A stretch of DNA of 64,000 nt from the NCBI RefSeq assembly GCF_006345805.1, contig NC_043006.1, positions 97,526,001 to 97,590,000 of the forward strand. Direction: 5' to 3'. The position numbers and the translations under genes were made by a program. Under the pieces are notes generated by a model, which saw only the letters and a program-made list of their open reading frames with translations, was not told the DNA's origin and ran no database searches. This DNA is from Octopus sinensis. Lineage: Eukaryota. Of the stretch, positions 40,455 through 52,889 are shown piece after piece; position 1 is the stretch's first letter, and each line of letters starts with the position of its first letter.

Positions 40455-41724
40455 CGAGGGGCGTTCAATAAGTAATGCCCCTGACCCACTTGCGGTTGTT
40501 TGATCTAGCTGGAATTTTGCATGTGCACTTATTTATACCTCTATAGATTAAGTGACGAATTACAGCTCTGAACTGATTGTGGTTTCTGATTTACAGGTGT
40601 TTGAACTGAGTCAAGTGTGAAATGGAGCACGTTGAATGTCGAGCAGTGATCTGGTTTTTGTATTTGAAAGGACGCACACCACGGGAGACTTTTGATGAAA
40701 TGAATGTAACTTATGGTGATGATGCCCCATCATATGACCTTGTAAAACACTGGCATTGTGAATTCAAACATAGTCGGAACTTTGTGAAAACAGCTCTCAG
40801 ATCTGGTCGCCCCCTTCTTCCGTTGATGAGACGTCTGTCCGTCAAGTTGAGGCTGCCATTTTGGAAGAAAAACGCATAACTATTCGCCAAATATCCCATA
40901 AGGTCAAGATTAGAACCGGGTCTGTGGAAACTATCATTCATGACCATTTGCATATGCAAAAGGTGTCTGCCAGATGGATTTCCATGTTGCTCACACCTTT
41001 CCAGAAGCAAGAACACGTTGAGTGCTCGAGGATGAATTTGGAGATGTGCCAAGAAGATGAGTCAACATTTTTCAAAAGACTGATCACACAGGATAAAACC
41101 TGGGTCCATCACTATGATCCATAGACCAAAGCCCAGTCAATGCAGTGAAAGCACCGAGACTCACCTCCTCCAAAGAAGGCAAGGGTGCAGCCCTCCGCTG
41201 ACAAGGTCATGCTCACAGTCTTCTGGGACCAGGACAGAGTAGTGATGACAGATTTCCTGGCAAAGGGTACCACAATTACAGGAGCATATTATGCTTCACT
41301 TTTGAGGAAATTAAGAGAAGCTATCAAAATCAAGAGGTGGGGCAAGATCAGCAAAGGCATCCTCCTCCTGCAGGACAACGCTCCGGTCCACAACTCGCTT
41401 GTCGCCAGATCAGAAGCACAGGCGTGCAGCTATGAACTCCTCCCCTTGCACCCTCTGATTTTCACCTCTTCCGAGCCATGAAGTTGATTTTGAAAGGAAA
41501 GCGTTTCCCAGATGATGCAGCCTTGATTTCTGAAGTCACGTCGTGGTTGGAGGACCAAGCTGGGGTCTTCTACAAAAACGGTCTCCAGAGCTGTATCAAA
41601 CGATGGGAGAAATGCATAACTCTGAGTAGTTCCTATGTAGGAAAAGACTAATAACTGTGCCAAGTGTCGTTGCTCTACTGCTATGGGAAGTGGGTCAGGG
41701 GCATTACTTATTGAACGCCCCTCG
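40455..41724 (+). mobile_element. Full-length mariner transposon (1270 bp)
   Basis: Perfect 37-bp TIRs CGAGGGGCGTTCAATAAGTAATGCCCCTGACCCACTT at 40455-40491 and 41688-41724, TA on both sides, transposase remnants inside. Confidence 0.97.
40622..41651 (+). pseudogene. Mariner D,D34D transposase pseudogene
   Basis: MEHVECRAVIWFL...RSGRP, frameshift, KVSARWIS...ITQDKTWVHHYDP*, ...LLQDNAPVH, deleted YSPDL motif, SDFHLF...KRWEKC...KD* (stop 41649-41651). Confidence 0.93.
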
Positions 41725-44631
41725 TATATATAAATTAGAGATGAAGTAATAAGTAGACATCCGCGAATGTAAGCGTATGTAAACGTATTTTGTAGCACAA
41801 ATTCATAAAAGGTCTCCTTGTACACTTGTGTTAGTCGTGTCTGGATTGAGATGAATATCTTTCCTCTAAATAAGTTGATGAATACAATCGACCATAACAC
41901 CGATTGAAGGAAACCTTACTTCTGGGTGCGTAAAGATGTTCTCTTGAGGTATGATGACACGCAAATACACATACATATATGTTGGTGTATGTGCATAAGT
42001 GTGTGTGTGTGTGAGTGAGTGTGTGTGTATGTGTACGTGCGTATATGTGTATGCATCTATCAATCTATCTCTTCCCCAAAAGAAAAGCTCTTTGTATTTT
42101 GTCCCCTCTGTGTTCAGCCCTGTGTGGCCAATAAAGAAACATATCTATTTATCTATCTATGTATGTGTAGAGATGCAGACACGAACACAGACACATAATT
42201 GTAAAAGATATTGTCATTGAAATAATGATAAATATTCAAAACACATTACCAACTAACTTAACTTGTTTGTAAGATAGAATAAACAGATATCCCAAACAGA
42301 AATATCAAGATACATATATATGATCAGCATGTTTTTTTCTTTCAAATGCCCGAAAACCTAAGGGATAATCTTTCTTTACAAGAATAATATCTATGATTTA
42401 GTGAAGTCCGACGTGGTTGTTCTGTTAGAAACAACGGCCACATGTGTCTCATATTATATACTATAACGACTTAAAACGGAAGTACATAGCAGATTATGTT
42501 TTCGTACATATATTTTGGTCGCAAAGTAAAAGCAAAGCAAGCAATCCTTTCCGTCACGTGTCAAGTCGATCAAAGCTTGACTGTGATTAAGCATAGACGA
42601 CAACAGCAACAACAACCTTTGCGATCTTGAATACTGAGAAATTCCTTCGTCACTATCTTGGGTACTTAATGGCCTATAAATCATTTATACAGGGCCTCAG
42701 CGAAACAGTTTTGAATTGAAACCACAATAGAAGTTTCGAGTGTTTCACTGAGCAACGAATTGGCAGAGTCGGTAGAGCGTCGGATTGAATGCTTTGCGGT
42801 ATAAGTTCCGATTCTCTGAGATCTGAATTCAAATCCTGCTGAAGTCAACTTCACTTTTCAGTGTCGATAAACTAAGTACCAATCTAAGCCAAAGGGCTGA
42901 CAGTACTGTAAGAACTTTATCAGATATCTTGAGGTCCTTGTTCTGGTTCTTTGTGTTTTGAGTTCAAATTTTATCATGGTCTACCTGCGTGGTAGACTTA
43001 ATTCGTCGCCCGGTTTATCTCCACCACCAGACGGTGGAGACTATGTTACAAGTATCTGGACTTGGCTTCTGATATGGAAACATCGTCTTCCCTCCTTTCC
43101 ATCAGTCTTGAGGCCCTTGTAAAACGAGATGAAATCTGCCTTTTCCCCGATTAAAAGATAAACAAGTAAAATGATTAAATATTTTGGTGTTAGCTTTGGA
43201 TACTTGTTGAAACTATAAGACCTACATTCATTCCTCTATGACCAACACGTAGCAACGATACTTAAGCTTAAAGGAAACCTGTCGTATATGATATGGGTGA
43301 ATTGTCATTCTTTTAGTTGCTTATCTCTTAGTCTACTCTGATCGAAATATTAGGGTATTATTTCATAGAGATTAGGCTTATATTTCTACCAGGCCGAATG
43401 ACTACATAGAACCTTCCTAACTGTTCGAAATATGGTTATGTAAACCGAGGAGGTTCAAATCACTGTAATTGCCAGCTTAAACAAATCGAAAGAAAAAAAA
43501 AGATGCAGCTATAATGATTGATGAATGCCGTTGTAGTAAGATTAACCAGCCTTTAGCTACCATTAGCAGAGAAAGTTTTATTTACATGAAAATACTGCGG
43601 ATAATATCGTACATTATTCTTATAATCACTCTCCAAACTAACCAAGCACACACAAATTTCTTATTGCGTGATCGTAGTCACTGATCAATAATTGCTAAGT
43701 AAATGATAACAGAACCAACCCATATATAAATAATTTCAGACAAACTTGGTATCATAGTGGTTATCTAAAATATAACACGTTAATGAACAAGAAGATTTCT
43801 GTAATCCTCGTCTTTTTCTTATCTTAAATAACAAGTTACATATTAGTAGTTCTCGTTCGAACTTACTATGGCATCTCGTAAAATCAAATCAAATAACTAA
43901 AAAAAAGAAGAAAAGGAAAAACCCAACCAACACAGGATGAACATACTCGGACATAGTCCAAATTGGTATAGCTTCAGCCAATACTCATTAATCATCCATC
44001 TAACATATCCGCCATCTTGAAAAAAAGTATATTCCCTGCTTTACGCTAGTCTAGAGATTGCTTCTGTCTCTTTATTGTCCGATTCTGATTTGTTGAAAAC
44101 TATCGAATGCTATACCATTATCTTTTCCGGAACAAGTTATTAGTCACAATACTTTGGTGTCAACATGGTAATTTTAGTCTATTTATATATTTTCCGGAGA
44201 GTAATTGTCTGTCTTTTTGCCTGTTGATGTACATAAATAGGTATGTGAGATGGAATTCTCTCCCTCCTCACCTCTCTCTCTCTCTCTCTGGCTACCTATC
44301 TACCTATCTGTCTTTCTCTTTGTCTGTCTGTCTATCTATCCATCTATCTGCCAGTCTAACTATCTATCAATCTTTACACACTTGCACGCACTCGCACACA
44401 TATTACCGTATTTGTAATATATTTGATGCGTGTGTATGTCTAATGTCTGTTAAATGTATATTAAGGTAAAAGAGTCTTATACCACCCAAAGGAGGTTGGA
44501 CTGGCTCACCTAAACAGAAGCTTCGAGGAGAGACAGGAAACATATCAGCAAAAAGCAATACATGGCTAATATCCTGTAAGCTAGAGGGTAACAACAACTT
44601 GGACACGAAGAGTAGGGTTCTCTGGACCTGT

Positions 44632-45035
44632 GATAGTGCCGCTTCTCGTCGAGCAGATCGACCCCAGGACTTATTCTTTGTAAGCCTAGTACTTATTCGA
44701 TCGATTTCTTTAGCCGAAACGCTAAGTTCGGGGGATGTAAACACACCAGGGTCGGTTGCCCAGCAATGTTGGGGCTGGACGGTGGGTGGACAAACAAAGA
44801 CGCACGCACACACACGCACACACACACACATACACACACACACACACTCACATACACACATATATATACACACGGTGGGCTCTTTCAGTTTTCGTCTTCC
44901 AAATCCACTCACAAAGCTTTGGTCGGCCCGAGGCTATAGTAGAAGACACTTGCCCAAGTTGCGACGCAGTGGGACTGAACCCGAAATCATGTGGTTGGTA
45001 AGCAACCTACTTACCACACAGCCACTCCTGCGCCT
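44632..45035 (-). mobile_element. SINE group C
   Basis: Reverse complement is collinear with 28199-28598. Confidence 0.9.
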
Positions 45036-45089
45036 ATTTATATATATATATATATTATATATATATATATATATCTATAATATATATAT

Positions 45090-45169
<80 letters not shown>

Positions 45170-45599
45170 GAAATGAAGAAAATGCTGACAAATAATTGAA
45201 GTAATTTAAGTAATTTAATTAGGTGAAAGTTCTTTTTACCGGTTGCGCATTTGTTATGCTTATCAAAATATAAAAGAGAGATTAGAGTCTGTCTCTTATA
45301 TGTGAAAAAAAGAGGCTCCAGAGTGTTTTAGATTTGCTTGGTTTCGCGCCTAAAATTTTGATTGGTCATTATGAAGGGGTCACGTGAATGTTTGAATGGA
45401 AGTTGGTGTTGGGGTAAGAAAAAAGGCTCCAGAGAAGTTAAAATTTGGCTAGTGTCCCGCCTAAAATTTCTTATTGGCCATAATAAAGAGGTCACGTGAA
45501 TGTTTAGAATTTTCGAAAATAGTGTTGTTGAAAATTCTTATTGTTCAGGCTGGTCAGTAGACGTCATGTGGATATTTTAAATAGCTTTTTAGCGCGTAG

Positions 45600-46386
45600 T
45601 TAGGGAGTGTATTTTCCGCTTGACTGGATAAGTAAGGGAGAGCTGTATGTATGTATGTGTGTGCGCGCGCGCGCGCGCGTGTGTGTGTTTATATGTATGT
45701 TGGGGCGCGCGCGCGTGTATATATGTGTGTGTGTGTGTGGGTACAATTTTCAATATTTATAGTTCTGCTGGCCTTGTGCCTGTATCGGGAAGCAACGTAT
45801 TTGTGTGAAGTCAATATTTACAGCTATTTCCAAAAAATAGTGTTGGATGTTTTGCACCCGTATTCAATTATGTGTATGTGTGGAACCATATATTTGTGTG
45901 TGTCATGGTGTTAATATGACAATGCCACTCATACCCAGCGAATAACCATTGAATCCCACCTTATTAATAAATACAGACCACTTCTAAACACATGCCCCTA
46001 ACACGAACCCACAACAAACACACTTACACCTGCACACACCCTACACACTCCTTTACCCAGATATTAACACCATGACACACACAAATATATGGTTCCACAC
46101 ATACACATAATTGAATACGGGTGCAAAACATCCAACACTATTTTTTGGAAATGGCTGTAAATATTGACTTCACACAAATACGTTGCTTCCCGATACAGGC
46201 ACAAGGCCAGCAGAACTATAAATATTGAAAATTGTACCCACACACACACACATATATACACGCGCGCGCGCCCCAACATACATATAAACACACACGCGCG
46301 CGCGCGCGCACATATATACATACATACAGCTCTCCCTGTTCTAAACGAACTTACTTATCCAGTCAAGCGGAAAATACACTCCCTAA
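45600..46386. repeat. Long inverted duplication (arms 45600-45917 and 46061-46386, 143-bp spacer)
   Basis: Arms are near-identical, including the internal (CG)n/(TG)n runs. The left arm lacks the 14 bp TTCGTTTAGAACAG. Confidence 0.93.
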
Positions 46387-46401
46387 TGTGTGTGTGTGTG
46401 T

Positions 46402-46712
46402 GGAGGCGCAATGGCCCAGTGGTTAGGGCAGCGGACTCGCGGTCATAGGATCACAGTTTCTATTCCTAGACTAGGCATTGTGAGTGTTTATTGAGCGAAA
46501 ACACCTAAAGCTCCACAAGGCTCCAGCAGGGCGGGGGGGCAATCCCAGGTGTACTCTTTCGCCGCAATTTTCTCTCAATCTTTCTTCTGTTGGCCTGCTC
46601 GCTTAGCCAGTGGGGTGGCGTCATTTGAAGGCTAAAACAATGCAAAGCGCATTGTGACCAGCGATGTGTAGCAACATCTGATAGCCTGGTCGGTTACGGT
46701 GATCACGGTGAT
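46402..46712 (+). mobile_element. SINE group A
   Basis: Intact head; tail as 6201-6445. Confidence 0.9.
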
Positions 46713-47947
46713 AGCTAACAGCTTCAACGAGTCTTGAACACTTGGCAAAGCTAAAACACATTTACTTCGATCTGATCAGATCATTGTATTAAAAACTGTC
46801 CATGTACTAATATATCAGAGATAACCAGTTTTTAGAGTATCTTAAATATGATTTTTTTGATGTTTGTTTTAAGTCTTATATGTTCACAACAATTTATATC
46901 AAATTAGAATGCATCTTAAGATTTCTAGTTAAAGTAGATGAAACAGGAAATATAATGAGTCATTGAATAGAAATTTATTGCAAAAATACATTTTTCGCCT
47001 GCTTCCAAGAGTCTCAACTAATTAGAATTAAAGAAAAAACAAACAAACTATCCTTATCTCTCTCATTTCACCACATGGCATACTTGTTTCTTTTACATAT
47101 TTTTTTCTTTGTTTCGTGATGTTGATGTTCTTATAACTTGCTTCAAATGCTGAAATTAATTAACTCTTGGTTCATTAGCAATTTAAGGGATTATAAAGCT
47201 ATAACAATTTCAGATTTGTTCTTGAGTCTATACTTTATTTTGCATTACTGTGTAGATTTGAATTTTCTTTTATTTAAATTTCTTTTTCGAGGTTTTTCCC
47301 CGGCTAAAATAACATTAGCAGATCCACCATTGAGTTCTCCAAAAATATCTTTTTCTATGTTTAAACGCTATTAACTCTTTTATCATTATTTGTTTTTTTT
47401 GCTTTACTCATTCATTGTTCAAATACTCTTGAAGATTGTTGCTGTTAAAATTAATTTCAAATGGAATGCATTAGTGCGTTGGAAAAAAAAGTTTTTGTTT
47501 TTAAACAAGATTTCCGAAGGAACTAAACTTTCTTAAAAGGTTCAAATAATGATTTTAAATTATATTTTACTGCTTAAATTGATTTCTTTTATGGCTAATT
47601 TACCACCGCATAACGACCGTTTTATGACTACTTTACGAGTATTTTTCGATTGCTTTACGACTGTTATACGACTCGAGATTATATAACTGGAAAACGGAGA
47701 TGTGGAGGCCTGTCTAATGCAATGACTGGAAATTCGGACTGAATAATATCTGATGTGAAGCGATGCAGCTGATATAATCAATAGGTTATCTCCCGGTCAG
47801 CCAAAATATTAAACAGTTCATTCCCTAGTCACCGGCGTCTTACTATGACATTTAACATTTAACGAAACAATACTATTCACCATGTCACTCAAATGACTAA
47901 TATACCATACTGAGTGTGTAACGCTGGCCTTTAAGTTTTAGATATAA

Positions 47948-48346
47948 CTAGCAGTATCGCCCGGCGTTGCTCGGGTTTGTAAGGGAAATAACTATATAAG
48001 CATTTTTAGAGAGTTATAGCCAAAAAAATAGCAAAAAAATGCATTAAAAATGAAAAAAAAAATGATGGTAATTTTTAAAAAAATTGTTGACTCATCGTAG
48101 ACATTTTTAAAGAGTTACTTCCCTTATATAATAGAGAAAAAATGCATTAAAATGGAAAAAAATGATGGTAAATTTTTTTTAAAATTGTAGACTCATCGTA
48201 CACGCGCGCTAATACCCAGAAGGGCTCGGTATGAATCACGACTATAAGATACCCGGTTTTGGTTGAACTGCACCGCAAAATGTGGGAGTAGTTAGGAATC
48301 TAAATCGTAGGAGACAGACACACAACTTGACTTTTATATATAAAGA
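47948..48346 (-). mobile_element. Non-autonomous Helitron, same family as 5474-5871
   Basis: Minus strand has an A|TC start, a 3' hairpin and a CTAG|T end, plus an internal ~100-bp tandem duplication. Confidence 0.85.
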
Positions 48347-49489
48347 TGTCTCTAAAACTTAAATGCCAGGTTATTGGCTGTGGATGAGTTAAAGTATGGA
48401 GAATCAAATAACCTCTTCCAGCAGTTAAATCAAAGCTGGAGTAGAAAGCGTGTGTTTCTGTCTAAAGAAAAAAGAAGTTTCTTGACTTATTGACACTGAA
48501 TATACCAGTATAAATTGCATCATGACGCGTTCACAAAAATCCTGTTTACCCTCGTTTTGAGATCTGGTAATAACTGCTACATCATGTTTTGCTAATGAAA
48601 TGTAATAGGACTAAAACATGTCAGTAGTTATCCCCCGTACTCGTAGAGGATTCGTTTTTAAAAATCAATGTTAATAGCTTGATATGTGTCTCTTCACTAG
48701 GATTTGGCATTGAGATGACATCTTTTTCTCGTGACAATTATATGTAGATACATATCTTATCTATCTTTCTATGTCTTTCACATACATACACACACACCCC
48801 GCGCGCGCCACACACGTACGCACAGACACAGACACACAATCTCTCTTCCTCTCTCTCTGTCTCACTCTTATTCTTCTTTCATTCTTTGTTTTTCAAGCAT
48901 CCCTGCATATATATATACGTATGCATGTATGTATGTATAAATACGCATGTGTGACTGCATATATAATATATTATATAAGCTATATTTGTGCATATGTTGA
49001 TATACATAATGTGTGTGCGTACGTGTATGGATATATAGATAAATAGATTAGCTAATGTATTTTCACGTCGGTATATGCGTGTAATATCTTCGAAATTAAT
49101 GAAAAGGTGTTTTGATGAATTCCAGACGTTTATATGACAACTTAAATGGAATTAGTTGTCAATGCTTTCATAGATTTTAATTGAGTTTTTCTTCTGAACG
49201 ATAACTTTTCTATCAATGAAGAAAATTATTTTATATATTTGACGCAAATTAGTCAAAATCAGTTTAAATCGAAATTTAATGTTATAATTATAAAAAAAAA
49301 AAAGAGATCATTTAAAGAATATATAATTAATAAATACTCATAATCTCTGATGGGAATGTCTAGAATAGTTTATGAATATGTCGCAGATGCTATAATTAAG
49401 CTGAGTGCAATCTGAACGCAAGAGCACGAAGTTGTACAAAAAGCATTACGTAAATATATAATGCTTTATACTAGAGGCACAAAGCTAGC

Positions 49490-49655
49490 AAGCTCAGTGG
49501 AAGGGTAAGTCGATTACATTTCGGATACTTATTTTATCGAGCCGAAAGGATGAAAGGCGAAGTAGACCCCGGCAGAATTTGAACTCAGAACGCAAAGACA
49601 GACGAAATGTCGTTAAGCATATCGTCCGGCATGCTAACGATTCTGCCACCGCTTT
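49490..49655 (-). mobile_element. SINE group D, degenerate
   Basis: cgaaaggatgaaaggcgaagtagacc and gaatttgaactcagaacg (reverse-complemented centre and B box). Confidence 0.75.
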
Positions 49656-51082
49656 GACGTAAATATTTAACAAAAGAGATTTAGACGTCACCCATGCCCC
49701 GAGAAGTCTTTTTTAATGATACTTATCTTGCTGCCGTTGTTGATGTTGTTGTTTCTTGTTGTTGTTGTTTAGCCATCTCATCTCACTTTAACTATCTGAA
49801 AGCAGGTCTGTGATCAAAGCCAGTCCATCATTTGCCCATTCTATTTTTCTTCAGACAGTTTATCAAGCATAAGTTTTTTTTCTTATTGATGTTACCCAAA
49901 ACTTCTCGCTTTTTTCAACGAAAAGAATGTGATTTCTGATTAAAAAGAATGCAATTGTTTTTTAGATTTATTATTGTTCTTATCTTATGTCCTTTGTCTG
50001 GAAATCTTTCGCCACACATCCTGTGATCTTTTCAGTTCTGTCTCCTGTTCTGTTTAGTCCAGAAAAAGGACATAAAATAAGATCAATCATAAATCTGAAA
50101 TGAAGGACGGTAATATAGTGCGTGTGTTTATTTGGCTAAAAAAAATTGGTTTTTAGTGAGAAGGGAAGAAACATGACCATCACACTTTATTGGAATTCGA
50201 AGACTTAGGGAAAAGAACGAAAGAAGAAGGTATTTGTAAACCCGAAATATGGCCCCAAATTTTGCCACAGAGTGCAATCTGTTAAATGCATTCAAAGACT
50301 AGTTTCTGTTTTCAACCGGGCGACGGATTAAGTCTATGGGCGGAATGGTTGTTATTTCTTGCAGGCCGAACAACTCTTCGCAAACTAAATAGAAAAGGCG
50401 GCACCCATTACTCTCTTCATGACCTCCAAGAATATCAGGTCGAACCTGAATCACATAATTACCCCTCCGCATCTTTAGGCAATTGCCCTCTGCACTTTAC
50501 AAGTATATATACGTATTGATGGAAACATATTTAGAAATTAACGTTTTTTCCTTTGCAGATGGAACTATTTCAGCTATACTGCTAATATTCAATTCAGTAT
50601 GAAAGAGAATACATTAGATATATCAAACTCCTCATATCATTGAGCCTAAAATGAATATAGAAATAAACCAAAGAGCTATAAGGATAAAAAATTCTTATCT
50701 TCAAATGAGTAATTCAAATGGAAATTTGCCAAAAGCTCCAGTTGATCTTCACCGCTAAAACAATTCAGAAACATTTGAATACTTCAACATATAGAAAAAG
50801 CAAATCTTTAATATTATAAATTGAAGGAAGAGATATATGAAATCTAAAGGTGGTAAAAATATTTTGTTAAAAAAAAACAAGACATCACAAGAACAAAATA
50901 GCAATCATCGCCACTAGGCCCATCCAATGATAAAACACTGCATACAGGAAGAATAAGAAGAGCTGCATGTTGTATGAGAATTAGATATCTGAAATAGGCA
51001 AGGTTGTTTGTTTTGGTAGTTTTTGTTTCAAATGATAAGCTTCTTGTAGTAAGCGAAAATTTCTGTCACATCCGTTAGCTTA

Positions 51083-51113
<31 letters not shown>

Positions 51114-51191
51114 TGTATGTATGTATGTATGTATGTATGTATGTATGTATGTATGTATGTATGAATGAATGTATGTATGTATGTATGTATG

Positions 51192-51223
<32 letters not shown>

Positions 51224-51491
51224 AATGTATGTATGTATGTATGTATGAATGTGCGTGTGTGTGTGTATGTATGTATGTATCAATCTCTCTATCTATATAG
51301 TGAAAACTAGTGAGTTGTAGTCAAAAATATAGAAGTATATATATCTTGAAATATATATGTATATGTATATATATGGCGGTGTCCCAGCATGGCCACAGCT
51401 CGTGAGCTGAAACTAGATAAAAAAAAATATATATATATATATTTATACATATATATGTGGGTGTGTGGGTGTGTGTGTGTATGTGCATTAA

Positions 51492-51627
51492 GGTTACCAT
51501 TGGTTTCATATTAAGGAATACCTCAACGATTCTGGATTAATCTAGAGTGGAGACGAACACAGGTGGGTTGCATGTAATACGCTTGAACTTTGTTGAGGTA
51601 TACCTTAAAATGTAACCAATGGTAGCC
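51492..51627. mobile_element. 136-bp MITE with TTAA-like TSD (Kolobok-like termini)
   Basis: Imperfect ~38-bp TIRs GGTTACCATTGGTT.CAT.TTAAGG.ATACCTCAAC. Flanks are TTAA (51488-51491) and TTCA (51628-51631). Confidence 0.65.
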
Positions 51628-51660
51628 TTCATACACAAATAAAGATATTTACGTACCTAA

Positions 51661-51927
51661 CTGTGTTGTGCTCTTGAGCAAGACACTTTACTTCACGCAG
51701 TTTCAGTTCGCTCAGCTGTAGAAACGAGTTGTGACGTCATTGGTGCTAAATTGTATAAGTCTTTGCTTTTCCGTTGGTTGACATCGGTGGCGTCAAGCGG
51801 AGAGGCTGGTATGCACGGGCGACTGGTGGTCTTCTATAAACAACCTTGCCGGACTTGTGCTCTGCAGGGTAATTTTCTAAGGGCAATACCATGGTCATTC
51901 ATGACCGAAGGAGGTCTTTACTCTTTA
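51661..51927 (+). mobile_element. SINE group B, 5'-truncated
   Basis: Collinear with 54685-54947. Confidence 0.85.
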
Positions 51928-51965
51928 CTCATTATAGACACACACACATATGCATATATACATAA

Positions 51966-52031
<66 letters not shown>

Positions 52032-52104
52032 ATTAATAAAACATATGCATATATACATACATATATGTACGTACCTACCTCTACATGTATATATACATGC
52101 ATAT

Positions 52105-52450
52105 ATGGGTACAGGACACCAAAAAAACGTCGAACACAATGAGAAACGAAAACATAAACACAAAAGCAAGGAAATGGACATTTTTTTTTTAAACAACGAA
52201 AAAATAAGGTACAGGACATACAAAACAAGGAAAATTCCCTTTCTTCAGTCGCCTTAATTTCATCTATTCCACGCTTCGAAGGTCAAGGCGATACATGACT
52301 TCAATGAAAGTTTCCTTCCCGCGAAAATCAAATTAATTAAATAAAATTTGAGATTTTTTTGCGGAGGGCCGTATTTCGGGATGGTCATTTCTCTTGGTTT
52401 TGTCAACTCGAAGTATTTCAACACACAATTTCACACCAGGAACCTTTCAC
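52105..52450. mobile_element. Unclassified interspersed repeat; short second copy at 2768-2800
   Basis: atatgggtacaggacaccaaaaaaacgtcgaacaca at 52103 matches atatgggtacaggatatcaaaaaacgttgaacaca at 2767, both next to TA-rich repeats. Confidence 0.5.
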
Positions 52451-52465
52451 CACAAACTCATAAAC

Positions 52466-52502
<37 letters not shown>

Positions 52503-52505
<3 letters not shown>

Positions 52506-52771
52506 TTATCGCCAAGCTAATGCGGCAGTCCAGAAAAATAGAACGAATGCTGCCGTTGATTAGATTCAAAAGTCCATCGCCTCTAGCTAGTTATGTGACA
52601 GAAAAACCTCCGTCCATTACAACTTCTAACTGGGGAGGTCATCAGTCGAAGATTGCAATGGACACAGATTTATGTGTCATATAGCTACTAGAGTCGACGG
52701 CCTTTTGGAGCTAATCAACGGCAGTATTCGTCCTATTTTTCTGGATTGCCACGTTAGCTTGGCGATAACTA
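52503..52771. mobile_element. ~270-bp MITE with ~97-bp imperfect TIRs (Tc1/pogo-like CAGT start)
   Basis: 52503-52599 mirrors 52676-52771 (cagttatcgccaagctaa...ctgccgttgattag...). TA on the left. Confidence 0.8.
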
Positions 52772-52819
52772 TTAATACCCAATACAGCTGCCGTAGTCTC
52801 GTTTAGAGAAATTTAGAAC

Positions 52820-52878
<59 letters not shown>

Positions 52879-52889
52879 TATATATATTT

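Noticed and set aside
52225-52310. CTGAAGA plus CGAAGCGT on the minus strand as a further hammerhead
   Set aside because: The boxes are not in a consistent order with pairing stems, and no GAAA follows the stem after CUGAAGA.
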